Below, in pieces: positions 9,956-19,490 of a stretch of DNA of 64,000 bases (positions within the stretch are counted from its first letter, which is position 1; the number at the start of each line of letters is the position of its first letter). A program made the translations under genes and the position numbers. The stretch is from Gemmatimonadota bacterium (GTDB lineage Bacteria; Gemmatimonadota; Gemmatimonadetes; Gemmatimonadales; GWC2-71-9): contig JBDHKN010000005.1 of NCBI GenBank assembly GCA_039586365.1, forward strand, positions 32,001 to 96,000, read 5' to 3'. The notes under the pieces are model-generated. The model was not told the origin of the DNA. It made no database searches and saw only the letters and a program-made list of their open reading frames with translations.

Positions 9956-10831
9956 ATGCCACGACGCGTTACCTCCGTTCGACGGACAGCACAGATACAG
10001 CGGGTCCTGATCAGCATCCTGGCTGCCAACATCATCGTGGTGGTGGTGAAGCTCGTCATCGGTGTTAGAGCCGGTTCTCTCGCGGTACTCAGCGACGTGG
10101 TGCACTCCTCGGTCGACGCGATGAACAACGTGCTCGGCTTGGTGGTCGTATTGGTGGCCAGCCGAGCACCGGACGAGGACCATCCCTACGGACACCAAAA
10201 GTTCGAGACCTTGGGCGCCCTCGCGATCGTAGCTTTCCTGTCCGTGACCGCCTTCGAGGTCGTCAAAGGGGCAATCAAACGGCTGGCGGCTGGAGCCCCC
10301 ACGCTTCACATTACCGGCATAGAGGTATCTCTGCTGGCCGGGACTCTGGTGATCAACTTCCTTGTGGCCGCGTACGAGTCCCGCAAGGGTCGTCAGCTCC
10401 ACAGCGACTTCCTGCTTGCCGATGCAGCCCACACCAAAGCTGATATTTTCGTTACATTGGGAGTGCTCTCAGGAGTGCTGCTAGCTCGAGTGGGAGTCAC
10501 GTGGGCCGACCCGATCGTCGCCTTATTGGTCGCTGCAGTGATCGTGCTGTTGGCCTACCGCATCATCACGGGATCAATTCCGGTACTGGTTGACCAACAC
10601 GTGCTTCCATCGGGCACAATTCGGTCTGCGGCAGAGGAGGTCGACGGAGTAGTCCGGGCCTATGACATTCGCTCACGAGGATCGCGGGAGCGGGCATTCG
10701 CCGAACTCACCATAGCAGTGAACGGGAGCACGAGTGTGGAGCGAGCGCACGAGGTTGCCGATGCCGTTGAAGGACACCTGCGCCTGCATCTCCGGCTGCA
10801 CGAGATCATAGTGCACGTCGAACCATGTTGA
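9956..10831 (+). CDS. Cation diffusion facilitator family transporter
   Basis: HSSVD, DEDHPYGHQKFE, ADAAHTKAD, C-terminal VHVEP. Start MPRRVT follows a GGAG RBS. Confidence 0.92.
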   Translation: MPRRVTSVRRTAQIQRVLISILAANIIVVVVKLVIGVRAGSLAVLSDVVHSSVDAMNNVLGLVVVLVASRAPDEDHPYGHQKFETLGALAIVAFLSVTAFEVVKGAIKRLAAGAPTLHITGIEVSLLAGTLVINFLVAAYESRKGRQLHSDFLLADAAHTKADIFVTLGVLSGVLLARVGVTWADPIVALLVAAVIVLLAYRIITGSIPVLVDQHVLPSGTIRSAAEEVDGVVRAYDIRSRGSRERAFAELTIAVNGSTSVERAHEVADAVEGHLRLHLRLHEIIVHVEPC

Positions 10832-11631
10832 GCAGTCCTCGTCCCCGCCCGCGGCCACTGCGTCAGCAATCGCTCCGACAAGAGTATGAGGAGTTTGTGC
10901 TCCAGCGGATCGAGGAGTACAAAGAACAGTTGTCACGCACAGAGCTCTTGGCCATTGCCGACGAGGCCGTGCGTGAGTTGGAGGTCAGCGCGGAAGAGCA
11001 ACTGGTGCTCACAGAGGTGTTGGTGTTGGAGCACGTGGACCGCCTAATAATGAGACGTCTCCGCCTGCCAACGTTCCGCCGCTGGCGAGAGCGATATCTG
11101 GAACTGCGCAAGTCACAACAGAATCCTGAGCATTGGGACCTCGATCCAACCACCCCTCTCGTCGAGCTAGCGCATCGCCTGGACGAATCAGACATGGTGT
11201 TGGTAGTGGGAGGCGGTGCAGCCCCTGCTGGCTTCTACCTTGCGGCGCACGAGTGGCCTGCCCTCCTGATCGATCAGGAGCTCAGGACCGTTGAGGCGGT
11301 CGAGGCTCGGGCCGCTGCCGAGGGTCTCAGGTCACGCATCCAAGCCCTGGTCGTAAGCATGGCAAACTGGTTCCCAGACGTCACTCCCACCCTGACTGTG
11401 ATCGAGCCGAGAGCGGTCAGCGAGCTGGATCCCCAGGTTCGGACCAGGGCCATGGACTCATTCAAGTCGCAGACTGCCTCAAGGGGAGTGCACTTCGTGC
11501 TGCCAGCCGACCGAAGAGACGGTGTTATTCCCTTCGCAGCCGAGGCACTTCAGGAACACTATGCGGACTGGTGGGTTCAGAGGACCCGGAGTGACCATGC
11601 CAACTGGGGATTCCTCGCGATAAAGCCGTGA
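10825..11631 (+). CDS. Hypothetical protein: helical N-domain plus degenerate class I methyltransferase-like domain
   Basis: Coupled to the CDF gene. VLVVGGG...FYLAAH...LLID resembles SAM-MTase motif I and the acidic post-beta2 residue. Confidence 0.55.
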   Translation: MLSSPRPRPRPLRQQSLRQEYEEFVLQRIEEYKEQLSRTELLAIADEAVRELEVSAEEQLVLTEVLVLEHVDRLIMRRLRLPTFRRWRERYLELRKSQQNPEHWDLDPTTPLVELAHRLDESDMVLVVGGGAAPAGFYLAAHEWPALLIDQELRTVEAVEARAAAEGLRSRIQALVVSMANWFPDVTPTLTVIEPRAVSELDPQVRTRAMDSFKSQTASRGVHFVLPADRRDGVIPFAAEALQEHYADWWVQRTRSDHANWGFLAIKP

Positions 11632-11651
11632 CTAACCTGCTAAACGTTGCA

Positions 11652-11672
11652 GGGCCGGCAGCGTGCCGGCCC
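11652..11672. terminator. Hairpin between convergent genes
   Basis: GGGCCGGCA-gcg-TGCCGGCCC, flanked by a further ACGTTGC/GCAACGT pair. Confidence 0.5.
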
Positions 11673-11711
11673 CATTACGCAACGTACTGCAACGGCTACT
11701 GTGAACTCGGT

Positions 11712-11885
11712 CTAGCGACGCTTCGCCCGAGCCTTCTTCTTAGTGGCCTTCTTCTTAGTGGCCTTCTTCTTGGTGGCCTTCTTCTTGGTGGCCTTCTTCT
11801 TGGTGGCCTTCTTCTTCACAGCCTTCTTCTTGGTGGCCTTCTTCTTCACAGCCTTCTTCTTGGCGGCCTTCCTCTTTGCTGGCAT
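11712..11885 (-). CDS. Histone H1-like basic repeat protein, 57 aa
   Basis: MPAKRKAA(KKKA[V/T])8KKKARAKRR with a strong AGGAGG RBS 5 nt before the ATG; encoded by 15-bp tandem repeats. Confidence 0.85.
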   Translation of the reverse strand: MPAKRKAAKKKAVKKKATKKKAVKKKATKKKATKKKATKKKATKKKATKKKARAKRR

Positions 11886-11985
11886 GCCTACCTCCTGTTG
11901 GTGGGTCAAGCCCCGCCATTCTCGACGGGACGGTTGCCTGAGCGACATACGATGCCACTCATTGTCTCCTGCTCTCTACTCTCTG

Positions 11986-13392
11986 CTACAACACTTCGCT
12001 GCTCTCACGCTCACGACCTAGGACATCACCGAGTTCGCTCCGCTGTATGGCGTCGGACCCGACCGTGAAGTGAAAGTCACGTACGACCACAGGTGGCACT
12101 ACTACAGGCACACCCAGGCCACCCGACTCTGAGGCAACTACTCGCACTGCCGATCCTATCGACTCCACGTTGTTCAGAATCGAGATAATGCTCTCCTTGA
12201 ACCACATATTGCTCACAGGCAGGACTATTCGCCCGTCCTCGATGAGAAACATCCCATCGCGCGTGAGCCCCGTGTACGTCAGTCGACGGTGGTCCACTGG
12301 CCGAACGTACCAGAACCTCGTTACCAGCAGCCCTCGGTCGACGGTAGATACCAGGTCGTCAACCGTTCCCTCACCACCGGTGAGTTTGATTCCGCCCCCA
12401 TGCAGCAGGGGCTCTCGACCCTGCCGACTTGCCCAGTAACGGTCATACTCGAGGTTCTGCAGGACTCCGTTCTCTATCCACGTCGTGTGACGCAGCGGTG
12501 TGCCGTCAGCGGCGAACGGACGGGCCAGCAGATCGGGGTCAGTTGGATCTGACAGCACCGAAAGGCGCTCGTCGATTACCTGCTCGCCGACCCTGTTGCC
12601 ATCCCCATTCCGCGAGAAGAAGGAGCGACCTTCATCTGCAGCTCTGGCAACCAAGGCGGCTTGTAGCAGTGTTATCAGGTTGCCGACAGCGGTCGGTTCC
12701 AAAACGACCGTGTAGGCTCCGACATCGACCGCCACGGCGTTTACACTCTGCCGTGCTCTGTTGATGGCCCGCTCCGCGAGTTCTCCCGGTGGGAGCATTT
12801 GCTCCCAATCGTTGTGGGTAGTGCCAGCCCAGGCTGACCCAGTTCCGTCCGTGGTTTGCACCGTCGTTGTATGGGATGCGAGGGTCGACTGGTGGTACGC
12901 GAACAATCCTGCGGTGTTCAGCAACGCCTCTGACCTAGCCCGAGTTTGGATGAACCCACCGGCGATCAAATCCGTTGAAGACGCCCGCTCAGTGACTGCC
13001 CGCACCGCGGTCACAAAGTCTTCATCCCCCAACTCATTTGTGCTGTCGAAAAACGCGGCACTGGGCAAATACTCTTGAGGGCCGAGGGGAGGCATGGTCT
13101 CCGGATCATCGGGGGCAAGCTGCGCCAACTCTTCAGAGCGAGAGACTGCGTCTTCAACCGCGGTGTCGCGCAGATCGTTCCACGTCACGGCTGCCCGCTT
13201 CTGACCGAATGTGGATGCTACGGTCACCTCTGCATCCGAGGCATCTCCCGATACCGTCATCTCATTGCGCGCATATCTAGCGAACCGAGTCAGCCCAGAA
13301 ACTAGCGTCACTTGCGCTGCATCTGCTGAGCTGTGCGACATGACCCTCTCGCACACCTCACGCGCATCGGCTTCGGTAAGAAACTCCGCCAT
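11986..13392 (-). CDS. TldE/PmbA-family protein
   Basis: YTVVLEPTAV, GRSFFS, RGLLVTRFWYVR, TGLTRDG; downstream partner of TldD. Confidence 0.88.
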   Translation of the reverse strand: MAEFLTEADAREVCERVMSHSSADAAQVTLVSGLTRFARYARNEMTVSGDASDAEVTVASTFGQKRAAVTWNDLRDTAVEDAVSRSEELAQLAPDDPETMPPLGPQEYLPSAAFFDSTNELGDEDFVTAVRAVTERASSTDLIAGGFIQTRARSEALLNTAGLFAYHQSTLASHTTTVQTTDGTGSAWAGTTHNDWEQMLPPGELAERAINRARQSVNAVAVDVGAYTVVLEPTAVGNLITLLQAALVARAADEGRSFFSRNGDGNRVGEQVIDERLSVLSDPTDPDLLARPFAADGTPLRHTTWIENGVLQNLEYDRYWASRQGREPLLHGGGIKLTGGEGTVDDLVSTVDRGLLVTRFWYVRPVDHRRLTYTGLTRDGMFLIEDGRIVLPVSNMWFKESIISILNNVESIGSAVRVVASESGGLGVPVVVPPVVVRDFHFTVGSDAIQRSELGDVLGRERESSEVL

Positions 13393-13404
13393 CGGCGACT
13401 CTAG

Positions 13405-15003
13405 CTAGACCGCCGTGTTGACGACTCTGAAGTCATGAAACCGCGCTGCCGGACACCCATGGCTCGCCGCATTTAGCTGCGTGGGCTGACCTTTGGCATC
13501 ACCGATCGTCCCGCAGAGCTGATAGCTACGAGCACCACCCAGCATATCCAGAGAATTCCAGAACTCCAATGTATTCCCCTGATAAGCTGTGTCCTTGAGC
13601 ATGCGGGTGATTCTCCCGCCGCGCACTTCATAACACACATGAGCGCCGAACTGGAAGTTGTATCGCTGCTGATCAATGCTATAGGGGCCACGCCCTTTGA
13701 TAAGAATCCCGCGATCTGTGGCGGCAACCAGGTCATCTAGCACAAGGTCGTTCTCTGCCGGCAACAACGAGACGTTCGGCATGCGCTGCAACTGGGCGAC
13801 ATCCCAAGACTCCCCGAACGAACAGCCGTGTGAACGACTGACGCCAGTCAACTCGGCGATCAGCGTCGCTTGCTCGCGAGTCGTCTGGTAGTCCACGAAC
13901 GTGCCATCCTGGATAATGGGCCAGCTGTCGGCGGTGACACCTTCGTCATCCCACCCCACTGTCGCGAGGCCACCCCTCTGAGTCCTATCGCCGATCACGT
14001 TCATGAACTCAGGTCCGTACCGAACTTCACCGATTGCAGTCTCCGGCGGTGCCAGGAATGACGTACCTGCGTAGTTGGCTTCATAGCCAAGCGCCCTGTC
14101 GAGTTCAGTAGGACGGCCGATAGTCTCATGAATGGTGTGGAACAGATTGGTCGGATCAATAATCAAATCGTAGCGACCCGGCTCCACTGCAGTGGCAGAC
14201 AGCATCTCGACAGCCAGCTCCGCCCATTCCGTGGCCCTGCCCGGCAGATCCGCAGCCTCGACATGCTCATATCCCAGTCCCATCGGGGCAATGTCAGTCG
14301 ATGTGTGGGACGCAACGTCACTGGAGTCGGTGGCCACGGCCGTTACTGTCATCGACGGGTAAGACCGGTAAAGTGTCTGCTCAATAATACTGCCGTCTGT
14401 GGAGGCAAACGTGGTTTCCACTTTCACGAAATACATGCTCGACGTCACAAACCGGGCAGCTGACACTGCTGCCGCTACCCTGTTTGCCTCGAGCAGCAGT
14501 TCGGTCTTGTCGCTCATCCTCACAGTGAAAGGGTCTCGCCGGACCGGCGTCATCCATCTGCCGTCCGGATAAGCGGTCACTCTGGCAAGCTGCACGGGTC
14601 GGCGAATTGCTTCGCTGTTTACCTCCGCTTGCTCCACCGCCCGCAACGCGATTCTACTACACTCCTCACGTGTCACAGTCCGACTCGCCGCAAACCCCCA
14701 GGCACCGTTGACCAGTGCCCTCACTCCCACTCCAAAGGTCTCACGGTCCTGCAATTCACTGACACGCTCTTCCTGCGCGGCAACGAACTGGTCGCGTTTG
14801 TTGACGATTCGCACATCTGCATATGTGGCTCGCTTCGAACGAGCGGCGTTCAGTGCAACCAGGCATAGATCTTTGAATGCCGCACCCTGCATGGTTCCCT
14901 GCGGAGTATACCCGAACTTCGGCAGCCAATCACTACCAACTGCGCCCAGTGCAACAGCGGAAAGCGTTGATTGCTTGATGAACTCGCGTCGTGTTCGTGA
15001 CAT
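13405..15003 (-). CDS. TldD-family protein with a twin-arginine signal peptide
   Basis: MSRTRREFIK signal, GVRALVNGAWGFA, ELDRALGYEANYAG, QRMPNVSL, SHGCP. Metal motif reads HETIGR. Confidence 0.9.
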   Translation of the reverse strand: MSRTRREFIKQSTLSAVALGAVGSDWLPKFGYTPQGTMQGAAFKDLCLVALNAARSKRATYADVRIVNKRDQFVAAQEERVSELQDRETFGVGVRALVNGAWGFAASRTVTREECSRIALRAVEQAEVNSEAIRRPVQLARVTAYPDGRWMTPVRRDPFTVRMSDKTELLLEANRVAAAVSAARFVTSSMYFVKVETTFASTDGSIIEQTLYRSYPSMTVTAVATDSSDVASHTSTDIAPMGLGYEHVEAADLPGRATEWAELAVEMLSATAVEPGRYDLIIDPTNLFHTIHETIGRPTELDRALGYEANYAGTSFLAPPETAIGEVRYGPEFMNVIGDRTQRGGLATVGWDDEGVTADSWPIIQDGTFVDYQTTREQATLIAELTGVSRSHGCSFGESWDVAQLQRMPNVSLLPAENDLVLDDLVAATDRGILIKGRGPYSIDQQRYNFQFGAHVCYEVRGGRITRMLKDTAYQGNTLEFWNSLDMLGGARSYQLCGTIGDAKGQPTQLNAASHGCPAARFHDFRVVNTAV

Positions 15004-15410
15004 CAATCTCCTTCCAAGTATCGCATGCGACGGTGCGAATATTATAGATACCTTTAAAACGCGCAATACTCATTCATCACCAACAACACGCTGATCAATG
15101 CAGTTTCTGCCACAGTGGATTAGGGGGGCGTGCAAAACTGGGCTTCACTCGTGCGTCCCGAGCACACTAACGACTTCTGCTTGAGTGGGTCACGCCGGCG
15201 CATGTAAATGTTCATTGACATCAATCGATCGATGCTTCGAGTACTGTACCACTCTGCGAGCAAGAGTGAGACAGCAGGTGCACACTACTGTATGGACCGC
15301 GCGTGACCCTGCAAATTGTAAGAGTAGGTTGCCGGTGGTTACCATCATAGCGCGCCCTGAGCTCACACTCACACAGCGCACGCTTGAGGTTGAAGAACTA
15401 CACAGTGGTA

Positions 15411-17156
15411 TCAGTCTTCTTCCAGCGTCGACAGATCTCCTACTTCTTCCCCCCACTCGAGTGCCCGTAGATAACGCCTGAGGATCTTCCCCGACCTGGT
15501 TTTGGGAAGCTTCTCCGCAAACGCAATCTCGTGGGGCATGGCCAACGGTGACAGCCGCTTGCGGACGAAATTCATGATCTGGAGCTCGAGTTCTTCCGAA
15601 GGTTCATAACCTGGATTCAAAGCTACGAACGCCTTGACTACCTCCATGTTGATCTCATCGGGCTTACCAATGGCTGCGGCCTCTGCCACGGCTTCGTGTT
15701 CGATAAGTGCCGACTCGATCTCAAACGGACCAACCAGGTGTCCTCCTGTGTTGATCACATCGTCGTCACGACCAACGAACCAGAAGTACCCTTCGTGGTC
15801 CATACTGGCACGATCGCCAGACACATACCACAGATCTGGATTGCTGCGAAGTTCATCGGGCTGGTCGCCGGAGTTGGCGCCAATGAACTTGCTGCGGTAG
15901 ACGTCCGGCATCCCCCAGTATGTGCGGAACATAGCTGGCCAACCGGGCCGGAATGCGATCAGTCCGACGTTTCCCGGCTGTCTGATCGGCTCGTGGCTCT
16001 TCAGGTCTAGTACTGTGGCGGAGATCCCTGGAAACGGTTTGCCCATCGATCCGGGTTTGACCTGCATGCCCGGATAGTTGGCGATCATGATTGCGCCCGT
16101 TTCCGTTTGCCAGAACGTGTCATGGAAGGGAAGCCCGAGAGCCTTCTCACTCCAGATGACCGCTTCAGCGTTCAAGGGCTCACCAACAGATACGAGGTGA
16201 CGCAATGACGACAGATCGTACTGCCGTTCTGGATTCCCAGCCTCTCGCATCAATGAACGGATTGCGGTCGGGGCCGAGTACCATACGGTCACTTTGTTGT
16301 CTTGTATGAACTGGTACCAGCGGGCCGCCATGAAACCCGAGTCCAACACGCACTGAGTAACGCCGAGTGACCAGGGACCGATAATCCCATAGCTGGTGCC
16401 GGTCACCCAACCCGGGTCCGCGGTGCACCAGTACACATCCTGGTCAGTAAGATCGAGGACCCAATTGGCTGTCAAAGCCTGACCCCAGATAGAGCTGTGC
16501 ACGTGTAGTGCACCCTTGGGCTGTCCTGTGGTACCGGATGTGTAGTGCAGCACAGAAGGACTCTCGGGATCGGCTGGAAATACGGAAAAGTCACCCGCGC
16601 GCGGTGCCGCTTCGACGCCAAAGAACACTTCTCCGTCCTTGATCTTGGACTCATCTCCATCCACGACTATGACGTATTCCAGGCTGGGTAGCCTGTCTCT
16701 GATCTTGCGGACCTTCTTCACGTGCTTCTGTGTTGTCAGGATGGCCTTTGTCTCAGCATTCGCTAATCGAATCTCGAGTGATTCATCTCCAAATGCTGAG
16801 AAGAGCGGCTGTGCAATGGCACCGAGCTTGAGGATTCCGAGGAACGCGAAGTAGAGAGTGGGAATCTTGTCCATGAATATGCAGACCCTATCACCCTGCT
16901 GGACATCTAATCCCGATAGAAATTGTGCAATGCCATTGGACAATACGCGTAGATCGTCGAAGTTGTAGGTGTGCTTCTTCCCTCCGAATCCTTCCCAGAT
17001 CAAGGCGGGCTTGTCACCTTTACCTTGTGCACATATCCGATCGGAACACAGCGCCCCGATATTCAGAATCTCACCGTCGGTCCATCCCAACAGTTCCTTA
17101 GCGATATCCCAATTGAAATCGCTGACTCTTGTATCATAGGACACGATATTGCTCAT
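15411..17156 (-). CDS. acsA: Acetate-activating ligase (AcsA-like acetate--CoA or acetate--ACP ligase)
   Basis: HYTSGTTGQPKG, ADPGWVTG, SVGEP, DTFWQTETG, PKTRSGK; acetate-pocket residues retained. Confidence 0.88.
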   Translation of the reverse strand: MSNIVSYDTRVSDFNWDIAKELLGWTDGEILNIGALCSDRICAQGKGDKPALIWEGFGGKKHTYNFDDLRVLSNGIAQFLSGLDVQQGDRVCIFMDKIPTLYFAFLGILKLGAIAQPLFSAFGDESLEIRLANAETKAILTTQKHVKKVRKIRDRLPSLEYVIVVDGDESKIKDGEVFFGVEAAPRAGDFSVFPADPESPSVLHYTSGTTGQPKGALHVHSSIWGQALTANWVLDLTDQDVYWCTADPGWVTGTSYGIIGPWSLGVTQCVLDSGFMAARWYQFIQDNKVTVWYSAPTAIRSLMREAGNPERQYDLSSLRHLVSVGEPLNAEAVIWSEKALGLPFHDTFWQTETGAIMIANYPGMQVKPGSMGKPFPGISATVLDLKSHEPIRQPGNVGLIAFRPGWPAMFRTYWGMPDVYRSKFIGANSGDQPDELRSNPDLWYVSGDRASMDHEGYFWFVGRDDDVINTGGHLVGPFEIESALIEHEAVAEAAAIGKPDEINMEVVKAFVALNPGYEPSEELELQIMNFVRKRLSPLAMPHEIAFAEKLPKTRSGKILRRYLRALEWGEEVGDLSTLEED

Positions 17157-17218
17157 TCATTGACTCCAAACTGTGCTTTGAATCTGTTCCCCGGTGCGGG
17201 GTGGCGAACTGACCAACC

Positions 17219-19468
17219 TCACGTGCGGATCTCTGACAGCACGGGGACTCCGGACTTCTCAGTCCCCACCACCATCCTTGGCGATCCGCCACGCATTACT
17301 AGTGATTCTTTGAATACCGGAGCCCTCAGGGTCGTATCGCTGGTCGGAAACCGTGCGGTCCAGCTCTGACTGGGATCGAACAGTCCGATGAGATCGTTGA
17401 GTACGGCAGTCGCCACCGGTAACGCTCCCCCGACCGTGCCAATGAGTACGTTTTCACTGCCATCCGGATAGTGCAGTACCACGACTTGGTTCACATCCTT
17501 GACCATCCCTAAATGACTCTGCGCCCGAACAGCCATGGGTCGCACCGTAGCCAACACTTCGTCCGGTGCGCGTATTGCCATCGCCACCAGCTTGACTCTG
17601 AACTCGAGCTCCGGTGCACGTCTAACGAGTTCGGTATCGACTTGTTCAAGGCCGACAGTCTCAATCTGCTGGCCAACATGTCGCCGACCGGTTGCTTGGG
17701 TAAGCAACAGCATCAGTTTCTGAGCTGTGTCCCAGCCAGATACATCCAATTCCGAATCCGGCTCAGTCAGTTCACGTTCAACGGCTCTGGCAAGCGCCGC
17801 GTCGAGTGTAGCTCCTTGCTCCATGTGTTCCAACATTGTGTTACAGGCACTCGACAACACGGCTTGAAGGTCTCGTACAGTGCGCTGAGACAGCGGCCTC
17901 TCCAGCGAATGGATGAGCGGCCACCCAGCCGCAATCGAATCGTGGTATGCGATGCGAATCCCATGCTGAAATGCCAACCGATCCAACGCTTCGCCGTTGG
18001 CGCGCAGCAGCGCTTTGTTCGGGGTCACTACATGGTGGCGACGGATCAAGGCCTTCTGGACCAGTGGCAACGAGCCAAGCCCACGCGTCAGATCCAACAC
18101 AACGTCAATGTCTTGCCGCGAGACGACCGCATCCGGGTCGTAGCTGACTGGGACGGCGTCAAAGACGGGGTCCAGCTCCTTCTCAGTGTCCGTCTCCGCC
18201 ACCCCAGCAACTTCGATGAGCAGACCATTCCTGGTTGCCAATTGATGGCGTCGTTCCTCAATCAGCCGCAGGAACGACGCGGCAATCTGTCCAGCACCAA
18301 GGATAGCGAGCCGTACGGACCGCAGTTCACGCGCTTCGCGCGTGAACAGAGTCTTGGGCTCAGCGCCGGCTGGGCCACGCAAGATGTCTGCAATCTGGTC
18401 CGTGTCCAACAGGAAGGCGTCGTGACCGTTGGGCGACCGAATCTCTGCATACGCAACATCGCGACCCAGGTGCTCCAGGATGTCCGCCCCTAGCTGTACC
18501 TCAGCTGGTGGATAGAGATTATCCGAGCTGATACCGATCACGATTGTGGAACAGGTAACCCGGTTCAGTGCGCTCACCAGATCTCCCCGCCCCGCACTCA
18601 CATCGTGCAGATCCATCGCGCGGCTGAACAGCAGGTAAGTGAAAGGATCGAAACGCTGGGTAATTCGCCTGCCGTGATGTCTCAGCCAGGATTCGACATT
18701 GTACATTCCCCGCTCTCTCAGCACCGAGCCCGGCGCCTTGAACCAATCCCGACCGAACTTCTCCTCGAGGCCGATGGGAGAGCGGTAACTCATCATCCCG
18801 ACACCCCGCGCCACCATCTGCCCAACTTTGGCCACCACCTCATCTTCGGTGATATCGAGCTCGATTCCACGACGCTGGAGCCAGTTCAGGCCGATCTGAT
18901 AGGGTGATGTGCGCAGCGGCGCCGCCACAACGACAGCTTGGTCGACCATGTCTGGAGCCTCGATTGCCCACTCCCAGGCGATCATCGCTCCCATACTGGG
19001 GCCGATTACCATACTCAGACGTGGTATACCCAGTGCCTCCAAGAACAACCTCTGAACCCGCATCATGTCGAGGGGAGTGAGCAGCGGGAAGCGGTCCAAG
19101 TACGGTTTGCCGTCGCCGGACGGAAACCGCGGTCCGGTGGTCCCGTAGCAGCCGCCCAGGAGATTGGGGCAGAGGACGAAATGTGTGTCGGTGTCTATTG
19201 CCCGACCCGGGCCGATGAGAGGTTCCCACCAACCCAAGGGTTCGTCGGCAAACTCACCCGTAGCGTGGCAGTCGCTAGTCATGGGGTGAATGATGAGCAC
19301 AGCGTTGTCTCTTGCCGCGTTCAGCTCACCCCACGCTTCGTAGCTAATCTGGATTGCCGATAGCTCTCCGCCGTATGCCGCCCGGAACGGTTCAGGCAGG
19401 TCGAGGTGCACAACCTTGCCAAGCTCGACTGTTGGTGAGCTCCACCAGAGATCGCGATGGTCCTTCAT
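17219..19468 (-). CDS. Fusion of a homoserine O-acetyltransferase-like (MetX) domain and a homoserine dehydrogenase-like domain
   Basis: N-half: YEAWGELNAARDN, GGCYGTTGP, GPSMG nucleophile, SSDNLYPP, GHDAFL. C-half: LAILGAGQI, VVTPNKA, EPDSELDVSGWDTAQK, VKLVA. Start placed at ATG 19468. Confidence 0.85.
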   Translation of the reverse strand: MKDHRDLWWSSPTVELGKVVHLDLPEPFRAAYGGELSAIQISYEAWGELNAARDNAVLIIHPMTSDCHATGEFADEPLGWWEPLIGPGRAIDTDTHFVLCPNLLGGCYGTTGPRFPSGDGKPYLDRFPLLTPLDMMRVQRLFLEALGIPRLSMVIGPSMGAMIAWEWAIEAPDMVDQAVVVAAPLRTSPYQIGLNWLQRRGIELDITEDEVVAKVGQMVARGVGMMSYRSPIGLEEKFGRDWFKAPGSVLRERGMYNVESWLRHHGRRITQRFDPFTYLLFSRAMDLHDVSAGRGDLVSALNRVTCSTIVIGISSDNLYPPAEVQLGADILEHLGRDVAYAEIRSPNGHDAFLLDTDQIADILRGPAGAEPKTLFTREARELRSVRLAILGAGQIAASFLRLIEERRHQLATRNGLLIEVAGVAETDTEKELDPVFDAVPVSYDPDAVVSRQDIDVVLDLTRGLGSLPLVQKALIRRHHVVTPNKALLRANGEALDRLAFQHGIRIAYHDSIAAGWPLIHSLERPLSQRTVRDLQAVLSSACNTMLEHMEQGATLDAALARAVERELTEPDSELDVSGWDTAQKLMLLLTQATGRRHVGQQIETVGLEQVDTELVRRAPELEFRVKLVAMAIRAPDEVLATVRPMAVRAQSHLGMVKDVNQVVVLHYPDGSENVLIGTVGGALPVATAVLNDLIGLFDPSQSWTARFPTSDTTLRAPVFKESLVMRGGSPRMVVGTEKSGVPVLSEIRT

Positions 19469-19490
19469 CGAATATCGGGTTGACCCAACC

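Noticed and set aside
11730..11865. Possible CRISPR array
   Set aside because: Direct tandem 15-mers without spacers, inside a coding region; no cas genes.
11743..12021. Plus-strand ORF with VAFFL repeats, and the other repeat frames (EEGHQ, LLLGG)
   Set aside because: These are shadows of the 15-bp repeat. Only the Lys-rich frame has a strong RBS and a known protein type.
17513..18493. 326-aa plus-strand ORF, and similar long antisense ORFs (e.g. 40270-41100, 30797-31495, 7296-8120)
   Set aside because: They lie antisense to well-supported genes, show no motifs, and are typical high-GC shadow ORFs.
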